From Pseudomonadota bacterium (GTDB lineage: Bacteria; Pseudomonadota; Gammaproteobacteria; Steroidobacterales; Steroidobacteraceae): a stretch of DNA of 64,000 bases. A program made the position numbers and the translations under genes. This document shows, piece after piece, positions 53,730-64,000 of this stretch (position 1 is the stretch's first letter; the number at the start of each line of letters is the position of its first letter). The notes under the pieces were generated by a model. The model was not told the origin of the DNA. It was given only the letters and a program-made list of their open reading frames with translations, and did no database searches. The stretch spans positions 30 to 64,029 of the forward strand of contig JAYTOI010000037.1 in NCBI GenBank assembly GCA_043747875.1, written 5' to 3'.

Positions 53730-55432
53730 GCGAGACCTCGTTGGAAAACAGATCTGTCCCCTTTTCGCTGGAGCTGCGCAACGTCTCGAAGCGCTACGGC
53801 GACATCGAAGTGCTCGCCGACATCAACCTCTCGATCGAGGAGGGCGAGTTCGTGGCGCTGATCGGCTTCTCGGGCTCGGGCAAGACGACGCTCATGTCGA
53901 TCCTCGCCGGGTTGATAGAGCCCGACGCGGGCGACGTGCGCCTGCGCGGCGTGGCGGCCGGCCCCGCGGGTCCGGATCGCGGCGTGGTGTTCCAGAGCTA
54001 TTCGCTGATGCCGTGGCTCACGGTGTTCGAAAACGTCGCGCTGGCCGTCGACACCGTGTTCGGGAGCGAGTCGCGGTCGCAGCGGCGCGCGCGCACGGAC
54101 AAATACGTCTCGATGGTCGGGCTGTCGCACGCCATGGACCGCCGTCCCGCGGAGCTGTCGGGCGGCATGCGTCAGCGCGTCGCGGTTGCGCGCGCGCTCT
54201 CGATGAATCCGGATTTCCTGTTGTTGGACGAGCCGCTGTCGGCGTTGGACGCGTTGACGCGCGCGAAGCTGCAGGACGAGATCGAATCGATCTGGCGCGA
54301 GGAGCGCAAGACGGTGGTGCTGGTCACCAACGACGTCGACGAGGCGCTGCTGCTCGCCGATCGCATCATCCCGCTGAACCCCGGGCCGCGCGCCACCCTG
54401 GGCCCCGAGTTCCGCGTGAATCTCGCGCGCCCGCGCAATCGCAAGGACATGAACCACGATCCGCAATACCGCGACCTGCGCGCGCGGATCACTCAGTATC
54501 TGCTCGACGTCGACGCGGAGAAGCCGGCGTCGACGGACAGCGCCATCAAACTACCGGACGTTGTGCCCATCACCTCGGCGGACTTCGTGCCCAAGGCGGT
54601 GCGGGCCGCCAACAAGCCGAAGCCGCTGGCGAACCCGGACAAGTACGTCGAGTTCTACAACGTCCACAAGGTGTATCCGACGCCCAAGGGCCCACTGACC
54701 GTGGTCGAAGGATTCGACCTCGACATCAGACGCGGCGAGTGCGTCTCGTTGATCGGGCATTCTGGCTGCGGCAAGTCGACCGCGTTGTCGATGTGCGCGG
54801 GTCTCACCGACGTATCCGACGGCGGCATCACGCTCGACGGCCGCGAAGTGACCGGCGCCGGCCCCGATCGGGGCGTCGTGTTCCAGGCGCCGAACCTGCT
54901 GGCGTGGCTGACGGCGCGGCAGAACGTGGCGCTGGGCGTCGACCGTGTCTATCCACACGTGAGCGAGGCGGAGCGCTGCGACATCGTCGATTACTACCTC
55001 ACGCGTGTCGGCCTCGCCGACTCGCTCGACAAACTCGCGCGCGATATGTCGAACGGCATGCGCCAGCGCGTGGGCCTGGCGCGCGCGTTCGCGCTGTCGC
55101 CCAAGCTGCTGCTGCTCGACGAACCGTTCGGCATGTTGGACGCGCTGACGCGTTGGGATCTGCAGGAAGTCCTCATGGACATCCTCAAGCGCACGAAGAT
55201 CACGGCCATTTGCGTCACGCACGACGTCGACGAGGCCATCCTGGTCGCGGACCGGGTGGTGATGATGACGAATGGTCCGTGCGCCCGGATCGGCAAGATC
55301 ATGCACGTCGATCTGCCGCGGCCGCGCACGCGCAAGATGCTGCTCGAGCATCCGCGTTACTACGCCTATAGGGAAGAGCTATTGAGCTTTCTGGAAGAGT
55401 ACGAACACGGCGCGGGCGCCCGTGCCGCCTAA
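53726..55432 (+). CDS. Nitrate ABC transporter ATPase, tandem fusion of two ATP-binding cassettes (NrtC-NrtD like)
   Basis: Two complete sets of Walker A (GFSGSGKTT / GHSGCGKST), signature (LSGGMRQR / MSNGMRQR) and Walker B (LLLDEP x2). ATGA overlap with nrtB. Confidence 0.85.
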   Translation: MSETSLENRSVPFSLELRNVSKRYGDIEVLADINLSIEEGEFVALIGFSGSGKTTLMSILAGLIEPDAGDVRLRGVAAGPAGPDRGVVFQSYSLMPWLTVFENVALAVDTVFGSESRSQRRARTDKYVSMVGLSHAMDRRPAELSGGMRQRVAVARALSMNPDFLLLDEPLSALDALTRAKLQDEIESIWREERKTVVLVTNDVDEALLLADRIIPLNPGPRATLGPEFRVNLARPRNRKDMNHDPQYRDLRARITQYLLDVDAEKPASTDSAIKLPDVVPITSADFVPKAVRAANKPKPLANPDKYVEFYNVHKVYPTPKGPLTVVEGFDLDIRRGECVSLIGHSGCGKSTALSMCAGLTDVSDGGITLDGREVTGAGPDRGVVFQAPNLLAWLTARQNVALGVDRVYPHVSEAERCDIVDYYLTRVGLADSLDKLARDMSNGMRQRVGLARAFALSPKLLLLDEPFGMLDALTRWDLQEVLMDILKRTKITAICVTHDVDEAILVADRVVMMTNGPCARIGKIMHVDLPRPRTRKMLLEHPRYYAYREELLSFLEEYEHGAGARAA

Positions 55433-55457
55433 TAAGAATGTGCATGGGGAGAAATCG

Positions 55458-56726
55458 ATGACGATCCGCGATTCACTGCGCTTCGCCGCGCTCGGCATCT
55501 ATCTCGCAGGCGCCACGGCGCAGGCGGACGGGCTCGCGCCCATCAAGGGCGCAATTGGAGAGACCAAGCCGCTGTTCGACCTGCGTCTGCGCACGGAAAA
55601 CGTGGACCAGGACGGTCTCGCCGAGGACGCGCATGCCCTCACGCTGCGCGCCCGGCTGGGCTTCGAGACGGGCAAGGCGTGGAATACCGCGCTGCTCGTC
55701 GACGGCGATGCGATCGTGCCTTTCCAGGACGACTATCGGCCGGATCCGGCCGTGCCGACCATGGCTGCATTTCCGGTGGTGGCCGACGATGAGACCTACG
55801 AGATCAATCGTTTTCAGTTGACCAACACCAGCCTGCCGGGCACCACGCTGACGCTGGGTCGCCAGCGAATCCTGCTCGACGACCAGCGCTTCATCGGCAA
55901 TTCGGGCTGGCGTCAGAACGAGCAGACCTTCGACGCCTTCCGCGCGGTGAATCGCAGCGTCGCAAGCCTGGTGCTCGACGCCACGTACCTGAACCGCGTC
56001 AATCGCGTCAACGGCCCGGACTCGCCGCAGGGCGACTACCAGGGCGACGGCGTGCTGTTGAACGCCGGGTACCAGACCAAGATCGGCAAAGTCAGCGCCT
56101 TTGGCTATCTACTCGACTTCGAGCCGATCACGAACATCCCGGTGGGCATCAATCCGGTGCGCGATTCGACGTCGACATACGGGCTGCGCTTCGCGGGCGA
56201 GAAGCCGCTGGGCAAGATCAAGCTCGCCTATGCCGCGACGTACGCCACGCAATCCGACTACGGCGACAATCCGCTCGATTTCGATCTGGCGTATCAGTTC
56301 GCGGAAGTCACGGCAACATTCCGCCAGTTCGGGTTCGGGGCCGGCACGGAGATCATGGAGGGCAACGGCCTGGCGGGCGCGGCCGGCAAGGGTTTCACTA
56401 CGCCGCTGGCAACGCTGCACAAGTTCCAGGGCTGGGCCGACAAATTCCTCACCACGCCGGCGATGGGCATTCAGGACCGCTACGCGACCGGCAGCGTGAC
56501 GCTAAAAGGTTTGGGGCCGCTCGATACGCTCGGTTTCATCGTGACCTATCACGACTACGACGCCGAGCGTGGCCCGGCCGACTACGGCAGCGAGTGGAAC
56601 GCGTCGATCTCGGCCAAACACAAACGATTCAACCTGCTGCTCAAGTACGCGGATTACCTGCAGGGTGAGTTGGTCTCGGCACGCACCACCAGCAAGCTGT
56701 GGGCGCAGCTCGAATTCGTCTGGTGA
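55458..56726 (+). CDS. Alginate-export-family outer-membrane porin
   Basis: Signal peptide, RFIGNSGWRQNEQTFDAFR motif, terminal aromatic residue (..EFVW). Confidence 0.7.
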   Translation: MTIRDSLRFAALGIYLAGATAQADGLAPIKGAIGETKPLFDLRLRTENVDQDGLAEDAHALTLRARLGFETGKAWNTALLVDGDAIVPFQDDYRPDPAVPTMAAFPVVADDETYEINRFQLTNTSLPGTTLTLGRQRILLDDQRFIGNSGWRQNEQTFDAFRAVNRSVASLVLDATYLNRVNRVNGPDSPQGDYQGDGVLLNAGYQTKIGKVSAFGYLLDFEPITNIPVGINPVRDSTSTYGLRFAGEKPLGKIKLAYAATYATQSDYGDNPLDFDLAYQFAEVTATFRQFGFGAGTEIMEGNGLAGAAGKGFTTPLATLHKFQGWADKFLTTPAMGIQDRYATGSVTLKGLGPLDTLGFIVTYHDYDAERGPADYGSEWNASISAKHKRFNLLLKYADYLQGELVSARTTSKLWAQLEFVW

Positions 56727-56780
56727 TCCGAATTGCGGCTGAGGAAAGCTCGGAGAGGACGCCCCATTTTGCCGACCTAG

Positions 56781-57347
56781 CTACTTTGTGCCGGGTTTGG
56801 ATTTCGCGCACAGCCCGGTCGCCATGTCCCGCTTGGCTTTCAGGAGCTGCAGCGTTTCGGGCGCCTCCAGAAGATATCCGGTCTGATTGATCTTCTTGCC
56901 GGCCGAAGTGGCGAGAAACGCTTTGGCAAGCTTGGTGTCTTCGGCGCTGGGCGCCGGATCCGGATACTTAGTGTCCGGCCGGCCATCGCGCTGTTGCTGC
57001 AGCATGGCAAGGTTGTGGGCCATGAGCTTTCTGCCGGTCGGAGATTCGAAGAATTTCACCGCCGCGGCGATCTCCTCGCGTGTCAGGATCTTCGGCACCT
57101 GCATCGCCAGCTCGCTGCCGAGATTCGCGACGAGGGCGCGGGCCACGCACTCGGTTGCTTCGGCGGATGCGGTGCCGCGCTTGTGTGCATCCGTGATGCC
57201 GGCGCTGGATGTCTGGATGACGGCGTCCGAGATGCGCAGGGCGGCGACCAACTGCAAAGACTGCTTGTCGGGCGCGAGGCCCGGGTTGGCGTAAAGCGGG
57301 ACGGCGGCGGCCAGCGCCAGCAACAGGGGGGCGAAAGTCCTTTTCAT
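56781..57347 (-). CDS. DUF2059-like periplasmic protein
   Basis: Signal peptide; AAAVKFFESPTGRKLM motif. Confidence 0.55.
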   Translation of the reverse strand: MKRTFAPLLLALAAAVPLYANPGLAPDKQSLQLVAALRISDAVIQTSSAGITDAHKRGTASAEATECVARALVANLGSELAMQVPKILTREEIAAAVKFFESPTGRKLMAHNLAMLQQQRDGRPDTKYPDPAPSAEDTKLAKAFLATSAGKKINQTGYLLEAPETLQLLKAKRDMATGLCAKSKPGTK

Positions 57348-57475
57348 GGCGGGCGAGGGTACGGCAGGTGTCCGTTGCCCACTCATATATATGGCCGGCA
57401 ACTGTTTATTTGACATAAACCGGCCACTGGACGCCCGGCCCCCGCGGACGCCACGCCGGGCCCCTTCCAGGCCGC

Positions 57476-57504
57476 TTGCGGTGCAATAGGTCGCTGCATA
57501 TACT
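57476..57504 (+). promoter_or_regulatory. Candidate sigma-70 promoter of the rplC-led ribosomal operon
   Basis: ttgcgg-N17-tatact. Confidence 0.35.
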
Positions 57505-57746
57505 GCGCGCCCTTTCGCCGGGGTCCCACGCGTCGCGCAGGACTCAAGCGATTGATTTACAGCGAAATCGGGCGAGGTTGGTACCGACCTTCGGTTACCA
57601 AGACCACTCGGGCTTCGCGGCACACGTTCGTCGTGCCGCGTTCTCATTGGTCCACCCCTCCTGGTCTAGCTACTCCGCGCTCCGCCAATTGCAGTGGCGC
57701 GCGAACAGCGCGCGATGATTCGCGCGCGACGAATGAGAGGATAGTC
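57505..57746 (+). promoter_or_regulatory. Structured leader upstream of rplC (candidate ribosomal-protein autoregulatory leader)
   Basis: Hairpins at 57578-57601 and at 57616-57640 (cgcggcac/gtgccgcg, followed by ttctcatt), plus a GC palindrome at ~57697-57730. Confidence 0.35.
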
Positions 57747-58475
57747 ATGAGCGTTGCTCTAATCGGCCGCAAGGCCGGCATGACTCGCATCTTCACGGAT
57801 GCGGGCGAGACGGTTCCGGTAACCGTCATCGAGGTGCTGCCGAATCGGATCACCCAGGTGAAATCCGTCGACAAAGACGGCTACCGCGCTATTCAGGTGT
57901 CATTCGGCAAGAAGCGTCCGCAGCTTCTGTCGAAGGCCGCCGCGGGTCACTACGCGAAAGCGAATGTCGAGCCCGGCAAGTCGATGGTCGAATTCCGTCT
58001 CACCGAGAAGGAAGGCGCAGATCTCGCCGTCGGCGGCGAAATCAAGGCCAGCCTCTTCGAGCTCGGTGCCCTCGTCGATGTCACGGGCACGACGATCGGC
58101 AAAGGCTTCGCGGGCACGATGAAGCGTCACAACTTCGCCGGCCACCATGCCTCGCACGGTGTCTCCGTGTCGCACCGTACCCCGGGCTCGATTGGCCAGC
58201 GCCAGACGCCGGGCCGCGTGTTCCAGGGCAAGCGCATGTCGGGCCACATGGGCGTCGTGCGCCGCACGATCGAGAATCTGAAAGTCGTCGAGATCGACAT
58301 CGAGCGCAACCTGCTGCTGATTCGCGGCGCCGTTCCGGGCGCTGAAGGTGGCCAGGTCATCGTCCGTCCGTCGACCAAGGCTGCTCGTCAGAAGAATCGC
58401 AAGTACATCGCTCCCGCCAAGATGCCGTCAGCAGCGAAGGCCTCTGCGGCTAAGGCCGCTGCGGCGAAGAAATAA
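57747..58475 (+). CDS. rplC: 50S ribosomal protein L3
   Basis: [16 protein letters not shown]...; GAGAGG Shine-Dalgarno; Ala/Lys-rich C-terminal extension. Confidence 0.95.
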   Translation: MSVALIGRKAGMTRIFTDAGETVPVTVIEVLPNRITQVKSVDKDGYRAIQVSFGKKRPQLLSKAAAGHYAKANVEPGKSMVEFRLTEKEGADLAVGGEIKASLFELGALVDVTGTTIGKGFAGTMKRHNFAGHHASHGVSVSHRTPGSIGQRQTPGRVFQGKRMSGHMGVVRRTIENLKVVEIDIERNLLLIRGAVPGAEGGQVIVRPSTKAARQKNRKYIAPAKMPSAAKASAAKAAAAKK

Positions 58476-58485
58476 TCGGGGCCAC

Positions 58486-59091
58486 ATGAAACTCAAAGTC
58501 ATCAATGGTGGCGCGGAGCTCGCGGTTTCCGACGCGACCTTCGGCAGGGAATTCAACGAAGCGCTCGTACACCAGGTGGTGACGGCGTATCGCAACGCGG
58601 GCCGTGCCGGTACCAAGGCGCAGCTCACGAAGGCCGAAGTGCGCGGTGGCGGACGCAAGCCGCGTCCGCAGAAAGGTGGCGGCACCTCGCGCGCCGGCTC
58701 GACCCGCTCGCCCATCTGGGTCGGCGGCGGTCGCGCCTTTGCCGCCAAGCCGCGCGATTTCGCACAGAAAGTGAACAAGAAGATGTACCGCGGCGCGCTG
58801 CAGTCGATGTTGTCGGAGCTGGTTCGCCAGGACCGCCTGATCGTCACGCAGGACTTCACGGTCGACGCGCCGAAGACGAAGCAGGTCGCCGAGAAGCTCA
58901 AGCAGCTCAAGCTCGACCACGTGCTCATCGTCGTCGAAGGCATCGACGAGAAGCTGACCCTCGCGGCGCGCAACCTCATGCACGTCGAAGTGCTGCCGGT
59001 GGCGCATCTGAATCCGCTCTCGCTTGCGAGCTACGACAAGGTGCTCGTGACCGTCGGCGCCGTGAAACTCATCGAGGAGCGCCTGCAATGA
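58486..59091 (+). CDS. rplD: 50S ribosomal protein L4
   Basis: [12 protein letters not shown]....AGT.AQ.T.AEV.GGGRKP..QKG.G.AR.GS.RSP.W.GGG. Confidence 0.95.
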   Translation: MKLKVINGGAELAVSDATFGREFNEALVHQVVTAYRNAGRAGTKAQLTKAEVRGGGRKPRPQKGGGTSRAGSTRSPIWVGGGRAFAAKPRDFAQKVNKKMYRGALQSMLSELVRQDRLIVTQDFTVDAPKTKQVAEKLKQLKLDHVLIVVEGIDEKLTLAARNLMHVEVLPVAHLNPLSLASYDKVLVTVGAVKLIEERLQ

Positions 59092-59534
59092 GCGCCGCCA
59101 AGTCCGACAAAGCCAAGCCTGAAAAAGCCGAGTCTGAAAAAGAAGCCGCCGTGAAGGCCCCGAAGGTCGCCAAGGCCAAGACTGCCACGAAAGGCAAGAA
59201 GGTCGTCGACATCAAGGACGCCCCGAAGGTTGCCAGTCAGGAAAGGCTCATCAATTTGCTGGTCACTCCGCACATCACGGAGAAGACCTCGCTGGCGATG
59301 CAGAACGCGAACACCTATTCGTTCCGCGTGCTGCGCGACTCGAGCAAGCCCGACATCAAGGCCGCGGTCGAGCTGATGTTCGGCGTGAAGGTGGCCAAGG
59401 TGAACGTAGTGAACGAGACGGGCAAGACGCGCCGCCTCGGCAAGGTCCAGGGCCGCACGCAGGACATCAAGAAAGCCTACGTTCGTCTCGCCCCGGGCCA
59501 GACGATCGACTACGAAGCCAAGCTCAAGGCCTGA
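59088..59534 (+). CDS. rplW: 50S ribosomal protein L23 with ~48-aa Lys/Ala-rich N-terminal extension
   Basis: The L23 core starts at [16 protein letters not shown]. The only in-frame start is the ATG overlapping the rplD stop. Confidence 0.85.
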   Translation: MSAAKSDKAKPEKAESEKEAAVKAPKVAKAKTATKGKKVVDIKDAPKVASQERLINLLVTPHITEKTSLAMQNANTYSFRVLRDSSKPDIKAAVELMFGVKVAKVNVVNETGKTRRLGKVQGRTQDIKKAYVRLAPGQTIDYEAKLKA

Positions 59535-59546
59535 AGGTAGTTAGAC

Positions 59547-60383
59547 ATGCCAGTCATCAAGATGAAACCGACTTCGCCGGGCACGCGCTTCCGCGTCAAG
59601 CTCGACAAGTCGCACCTGTGGAAGGGCGGTCCGCACGAGCCGCTGACCGTCAAGAAGACGCGCCACTCCGGCCGCAACAACGTCGGCCGCATCACCACGC
59701 GCCATCAGGGCAGCGGGCAGTACCACAAGTACCGCCTCATAGACTTCAAGCGCGACAAGGACGGCGTGAAGGGTGTCATCGAGCGCATCGAGCACGATCC
59801 GAACCGCACCTGCCACATCGCGCTGGTCAAGTATTCGGACGGCGAGCGCCGCTACATCCTCGCCGCCAAGGGCATGGCCCCCGGCGACGAGATTCGCTCC
59901 GGCGCGGATTCCCCGATCAAGTCGGGCAATGCGATGCAGTTGCGCCACATTCCCGTGGGTTCGATCGTGCACAACGTCGAGCTCAAACCCGGCAAGGGTG
60001 GCCAGATGGCGCGCAGCGCCGGCGCCTCGGCCAGCTTCACCGCGCGCGAAGGCATCTACGCCACGCTGCGCCTGAAGTCGGGTGAGAGCCGCAAGGTTCA
60101 CGTCGACTGCCGCGCCACCATCGGCGAAGTGTCGAACGACGAGCACAACCTGCGCGTCTACGGCAAAGCTGGTGCGAAGCGCTGGCTGGGCATCCGCCCG
60201 ACGGTGCGTGGTCAGGCCATGAACCCGGTCGACCATCCGCACGGTGGCGGTGAAGGCAAGTCGGGACAGGGCAACCCGCACCCGGTGAGCCCATGGGGCC
60301 AGAACGCGAAAGGCCTCAAGACAAGGCGCAACAAGCGCACGACCAGCATGATCGTGCAGCGCCGTCAGAACCGCATTCGTTAA
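59547..60383 (+). CDS. rplB: 50S ribosomal protein L2
   Basis: [15 protein letters not shown]... GGGEG.. Confidence 0.97.
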   Translation: MPVIKMKPTSPGTRFRVKLDKSHLWKGGPHEPLTVKKTRHSGRNNVGRITTRHQGSGQYHKYRLIDFKRDKDGVKGVIERIEHDPNRTCHIALVKYSDGERRYILAAKGMAPGDEIRSGADSPIKSGNAMQLRHIPVGSIVHNVELKPGKGGQMARSAGASASFTAREGIYATLRLKSGESRKVHVDCRATIGEVSNDEHNLRVYGKAGAKRWLGIRPTVRGQAMNPVDHPHGGGEGKSGQGNPHPVSPWGQNAKGLKTRRNKRTTSMIVQRRQNRIR

Positions 60384-60395
60384 CAAGGATCCGCC

Positions 60396-60677
60396 ATGCC
60401 TCGTTCACTGAAAAAGGGCCCGTTCGTCGATCTTCACCTGCTGAAGAAAGTCGAAGTTGCCGCCGCCAAGAGCGATCGCAAGCCGATCAAGACCTGGTCG
60501 CGCCGCTCGATGGTCATTCCCGACATGGTCGGTCTCACGATCGCCGTGCATAACGGCCGTCAGCACATCCCGGTGCTCATCACCGAGAACATGGTCGGCC
60601 ACAAGCTGGGCGAGTTCTCGCCGACGCGCACCTTCAAGGCGCACTCGGGCGACAAGAAAGTGGAGGCTTCGTCCTAA
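60396..60677 (+). CDS. rpsS: 30S ribosomal protein S19
   Basis: [19 protein letters not shown]... Confidence 0.97.
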   Translation: MPRSLKKGPFVDLHLLKKVEVAAAKSDRKPIKTWSRRSMVIPDMVGLTIAVHNGRQHIPVLITENMVGHKLGEFSPTRTFKAHSGDKKVEASS

Positions 60678-60678
60678 C

Positions 60679-61023
60679 ATGGAAGCGAAAGCCATCCTGC
60701 GCTACGCGCGCATCTCCCCGCAGAAGTGCCGCCTCGTCGCGGACATCGTGCGTGGCGCCGAAGTGTCGAAGGCGCTCAACACACTCAAGTTCATGCCGAA
60801 GAAAGGCGCCGACCTCGTGCACAAGGTGCTCTGGTCCGCCGTCGAGAACGCGCAGAACAACCAGGGCCTGGACGTCGACGACCTCAAGGTCACGCGCATC
60901 ATGGTCGATGCCGCTCCGGTGCTTAAGCGCTTCGGCGCGAAGGCCAAGGGCCGCGGCACGCAGATCATCAAACGCAACAGTCACATCACCGTCTTCGTCG
61001 GCGATGGCAAGAAGGACGAGTAG
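60679..61023 (+). CDS. rplV: 50S ribosomal protein L22
   Basis: [26 protein letters not shown]... Confidence 0.95.
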   Translation: MEAKAILRYARISPQKCRLVADIVRGAEVSKALNTLKFMPKKGADLVHKVLWSAVENAQNNQGLDVDDLKVTRIMVDAAPVLKRFGAKAKGRGTQIIKRNSHITVFVGDGKKDE

Positions 61024-61025
61024 CC

Positions 61026-61787
61026 ATGGGTCAAAAGGTCAATCCGATAGCGATCCGGCTCGGCATCACCCGTGAATGGGTGTCCAAGTGGTACGCCGGC
61101 AAGAAGCTCTTCCCGCAGCATGTGCACACGGATTTCCGCGTGCGCGAGTTCCTCAAGACCAAGCTCGCCGATGCCTCGGTCAGCCGCATCCTCATCGATC
61201 GCGCCGCCAAGCGCGTCAACATCACGATCCAGACCGCGCGTCCGGGCATCGTCATCGGCAAGAAGGGCGAAGACATCGAGAAGCTGCGCGCCGAGACGGC
61301 CAAGATGCTCAAGCTTCCGCCCACCGACGTGCGCCTCAACATCGCCGAGATCAGAAAGCCCGAGCTCGATGCGCAGCTCGTCGCCGACGGTATCGCGCAG
61401 CAGATCGAGAAGCGCGTGATGTTCCGCCGCGCCATGAAGCGCGCCGTGATGAGCACCATGCGTTCGGGCGCGCTCGGCGTGAAGGTGCGTCTGTCCGGCC
61501 GTCTCAACGGCTCGGAAATCGCGCGCACCGAATGGGCGCGCGAAGGTCGCGTGCCGCTGCACACATTCCGCGCCGACATCGACTACGGCCTCGGCGAAGC
61601 CCGCACCACCTACGGCGTCATCGGCGTCAAGGTGTGGATCTTCAAGGGCGAGGTATTCGACAAGGCCGAGCTCGCGCAGCAGGCCGAAAACGTCGAAGCC
61701 GCCCAAGCAGCACAGGCCGCGCAGGGCGCCGCCGCGAACGCTGCCGCCGCAGCGGCCGCCGCCGCTCCGACGCCGCCGGCTGCCTAA
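61026..61787 (+). CDS. rpsC: 30S ribosomal protein S3 (Ala-rich C-terminal tail)
   Basis: [18 protein letters not shown]... Confidence 0.97.
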   Translation: MGQKVNPIAIRLGITREWVSKWYAGKKLFPQHVHTDFRVREFLKTKLADASVSRILIDRAAKRVNITIQTARPGIVIGKKGEDIEKLRAETAKMLKLPPTDVRLNIAEIRKPELDAQLVADGIAQQIEKRVMFRRAMKRAVMSTMRSGALGVKVRLSGRLNGSEIARTEWAREGRVPLHTFRADIDYGLGEARTTYGVIGVKVWIFKGEVFDKAELAQQAENVEAAQAAQAAQGAAANAAAAAAAAAPTPPAA

Positions 61788-61802
61788 CAAGGTACAACGA
61801 CT

Positions 61803-62222
61803 ATGTCCATGCTCCAGCCCAAGCGCACCAAATACCGCAAGATGTTCAAGGGAACGAACACGGGTTTCGCCCATCGCGGCAGCTCGGTTTCGTTCGGTGA
61901 GTTCGGTCTCAAGGCGACCAGCCGTGCGCGTATGACCGCGCGCGAGATCGAAGCGGCGCGCCGCGCCATGACGCGCTACGTGAAGCGTGGCGGCCAGGTG
62001 TGGAACCGCGTGTTCCCCGATGTGCCCGTCAGCAAGAAGCCTCTCGAAGTCCGCATGGGCTCGGGCAAGGGCAATATCGAGTTCTGGGTGGCCAAGGTGC
62101 AGCCCGGCAAAGTGTTGTTCGAGATCGAAGGCGTCGACGAAGCGACCGCTCGCGAAGCGTTCCGCCTCGCGAGCGCCAAGCTCTCGGTGTCCACCATGTT
62201 CGTGAAACGGCAGGTGCGTTGA
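61803..62222 (+). CDS. rplP: 50S ribosomal protein L16
   Basis: M(SM)[14 protein letters not shown]...; the start may be 61809. Confidence 0.95.
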   Translation: MSMLQPKRTKYRKMFKGTNTGFAHRGSSVSFGEFGLKATSRARMTAREIEAARRAMTRYVKRGGQVWNRVFPDVPVSKKPLEVRMGSGKGNIEFWVAKVQPGKVLFEIEGVDEATAREAFRLASAKLSVSTMFVKRQVR

Positions 62223-62440
62223 TGAGCGCCAAAGATTTACGTGGCAAGGATCCCAAGGATCTGCAGGCCGAGGTCATCAAGCTGCGCCGCGAGCAGTTCT
62301 CGCTGCGCATGCAGGCGGCGAGCGGCCAGACGGTGAAGCCGTCGGATTTCAGCAAGGTCAAGAAGAGCATCGCGCGCGTGAAGACCGTGATGAACGAGGC
62401 TCGTCTTTCGAAGACAGGGCGCGCAGGAGCCAAGAAATGA
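62222..62440 (+). CDS. rpmC: 50S ribosomal protein L29
   Basis: [31 protein letters not shown]...; TGATG overlap with rplP. Confidence 0.92.
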   Translation: MSAKDLRGKDPKDLQAEVIKLRREQFSLRMQAASGQTVKPSDFSKVKKSIARVKTVMNEARLSKTGRAGAKK

Positions 62441-62721
62441 ATTCCCCGGAAGTGAATCAAGTCGAAGGCAAGAAGCCGAGCCGTGCGCTGGTAGGCAAGG
62501 TCGTCTCGAACAAGATGGACAAGACCATCGCTGTCGAGATCGAGCGCCTCATCAAGCATCCGCGTTACGGCAAGTTCATCCGCCGCACCACCAAGCTGCT
62601 GGCGCACGACGAGAACAAGGAAGCCCGCGAAGGCGACACCGTGTCGATCGCGCCGTGCCGTCCCTTGTCGCGTCGCAAGTCGTACAAGCTGGTCTCGGTC
62701 GTTCAGAAGGCGAGCGCCTAA
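62437..62721 (+). CDS. rpsQ: 30S ribosomal protein S17
   Basis: ...[31 protein letters not shown]... Confidence 0.95.
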   Translation: MNSPEVNQVEGKKPSRALVGKVVSNKMDKTIAVEIERLIKHPRYGKFIRRTTKLLAHDENKEAREGDTVSIAPCRPLSRRKSYKLVSVVQKASA

Positions 62722-63089
62722 TGATCCAGTTACAAACCATGCTCAATGCCGCTGACAACAGCGGTGCCCGTACGCTGATGTGCATCAAGGTGCTCGGCGG
62801 TACCCGCCGGCGCTACGCGCAGGTCGGCGACGTCATCAAGGTGTCCATCAAGGACGCGATTCCGCGCGGCAAGGTCAAGAAGGGCGAGGTGTGGGACGCC
62901 GTCGTCGTGCGCACCAAGCGTGGCGTGCGTCGCGCCGATGGTTCGCTGCTGCGTTTCGATACGAACGCCGCGGTGCTCCTGACCAACAAGCTCGAGCCGG
63001 TTGGCACGCGCATCTTCGGACCCGTCACGCGCGAGCTGCGCACCGAGCGGTTCATGAAGATCGTCTCGCTCGCGCCTGAAGTGCTCTGA
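62721..63089 (+). CDS. rplN: 50S ribosomal protein L14
   Basis: [17 protein letters not shown]... Confidence 0.97.
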   Translation: MIQLQTMLNAADNSGARTLMCIKVLGGTRRRYAQVGDVIKVSIKDAIPRGKVKKGEVWDAVVVRTKRGVRRADGSLLRFDTNAAVLLTNKLEPVGTRIFGPVTRELRTERFMKIVSLAPEVL

Positions 63090-63098
63090 GGTAGGTAG

Positions 63099-63419
63099 AT
63101 GAACAAGATTCGCAAAGGCGACAACGTGGTCGTGCTGTCGGGCAAGGACAAGGGCCGTCAGGGCGCCGTTCTCGTGATCGACGGCGAGAAGATCACGGTC
63201 GAGAACATCAACAAGGTGAAGAAGCACCAGAAGCCCCGCCAGGGCAAGGGCGCTCCGATCCCGGGCGGTATCGTCGAAAAGTCGATGCCGCTGCACATCT
63301 CGAAAGTGGCGATCTGGAACGCGGGCGCGAAGAAAGCCGACCGCGTGGGTATCAAGCAGCTGAAGGACGGAAAGCGCGTTCGCTTCTTCAAGTCCAACGG
63401 CGAAGTGATCGACGCCTGA
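63099..63419 (+). CDS. rplX: 50S ribosomal protein L24
   Basis: [22 protein letters not shown]... Confidence 0.95.
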   Translation: MNKIRKGDNVVVLSGKDKGRQGAVLVIDGEKITVENINKVKKHQKPRQGKGAPIPGGIVEKSMPLHISKVAIWNAGAKKADRVGIKQLKDGKRVRFFKSNGEVIDA

Positions 63420-63453
63420 GGGGCGTGGTCTCGTTCGTAAGGAATAGGCAGCA

Positions 63454-63993
63454 ATGGCCAGGTTAAAAGACATCTATCAGAAGACGATCGTCCCGAAGCT
63501 CAAGCAGGACTTGGGGCTCTCGAACGTCATGCAGATCCCGAAGATCACCAAGATCACGGTGAACATGGGCGTGGGCGAAGCAGTGGCCGACCGCAAGGTC
63601 ATGGACGCAGCCGTCGCCGACCTCACCAAGATCACGGGCCAGAAGCCCAAGCTCTGCATGTCGAAGAAGTCGATCGCGTCGTTCAAAGTGCGCGAGAACC
63701 TGGCCATCGGCACGATGGTCACACTGCGCGGCGAGCGCATGTGGGAGTTCTTCGATCGCCTGATCACGATCGCGATTCCGCGCATCCGTGACTTCCGCGG
63801 CATCAACCCGCGCTCTTTCGACGGCCGCGGCAATTTCAGCCTCGGCATCAAAGAACAGATCATTTTCCCGGAAATCCAGTACGACCAGATCGATCAGCTC
63901 CGGGGAATGGACATCACGATTACGACGACGGCGAAGGATGACAAGCAGGGTCGTGCTCTGCTCAGCGCCTTCAATTTCCCGTTCCGCAAGTAA
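63454..63993 (+). CDS. rplE: 50S ribosomal protein L5
   Basis: [43 protein letters not shown]... Confidence 0.97.
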   Translation: MARLKDIYQKTIVPKLKQDLGLSNVMQIPKITKITVNMGVGEAVADRKVMDAAVADLTKITGQKPKLCMSKKSIASFKVRENLAIGTMVTLRGERMWEFFDRLITIAIPRIRDFRGINPRSFDGRGNFSLGIKEQIIFPEIQYDQIDQLRGMDITITTTAKDDKQGRALLSAFNFPFRK

Positions 63994-64000
63994 GGAACCA

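Noticed and set aside
57348-57746. Looked for a tRNA, small RNA gene or rpsJ remnant in the 400-nt gap upstream of rplC.
   Set aside because: I could build no cloverleaf, and no S10-like peptide appears in any frame. The stem-loops are better interpreted as an mRNA leader.
1-64000. Leu codon CTA appears repeatedly right after AAA (Lys) or TAT (Tyr) codons in core genes, which is unusual for a high-GC genome. Examples are aaacta at ~22490, ~23300, ~31050, ~34100 and ~54550, and tatcta at ~15410, ~25460, ~38550 and ~40160.
   Set aside because: I cannot compute codon-pair statistics here. Counter-examples (tatctc, tatctg, aaactc) also occur. It is probably ordinary codon-context bias and would need a genome-wide codon-pair analysis to mean anything.

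Overview
GC-rich proteobacterial chromosomal window. All calls come from reading the sequence and ORF track only; no searches were run.

(1) Positions 1-11.9 kb are the distal part of a sedentary-type chromosomal integron. It has 22 attC sites of about 89 nt (typically GCCTAAC...GTTAGGC), plus one half-site. These delimit about 24 small cassettes on the + strand. Contents: a forward BrnT/BrnA TA cassette, an inverted HigB/HigA-like TA cassette, two GNATs, a DUF5063-like protein, a partial ORF with an HEPN-like R-x4-H motif, nine small membrane proteins and several unknowns. The integrase and attI must lie left of position 1.

(2) Positions 11.9-30 kb are mostly core genes:
- a VOC protein, a DUF1801 protein and deaD;
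- a LOG/TIGR00725-like protein with a membrane protein;
- a membrane protein paired with a signal-less lytic transglycosylase;
- rluE, a B12-binding radical SAM protein and hrpA;
- DUF695, SnoaL-like and acyltransferase-3 genes;
- an ECF sigma factor divergent from a TlpA-like redoxin and a 70-aa secreted peptide with four CxxxC motifs.

(3) A nitrate-assimilation regulon is split in two. One half is nirB, a nirD-FAD reductase fusion and nasA (30.0-36.9 kb). The other is hemD-narK, a PP2C/Ser-Thr kinase, nrtA, nrtB, a fused nrtCD and a porin (47.1-56.7 kb). About 10 kb of accessory DNA separates them: a satellite attC cassette pair, an esterase, a GH97 glycosidase, an M13 peptidase remnant, an orphan PAS histidine kinase, a TonB-dependent receptor and a DUF1801 pseudogene. 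Good sigma-54 promoter matches precede nirB and nrtA.

(4) Positions 57.7-64 kb carry the S10/spc ribosomal protein operons from rplC to rplE. There is no rpsJ, and a structured leader of about 240 nt precedes rplC.

The main hunting results are the integron array, attC relics scattered well outside it, the Cys-rich peptide module and the NirD-reductase fusion.
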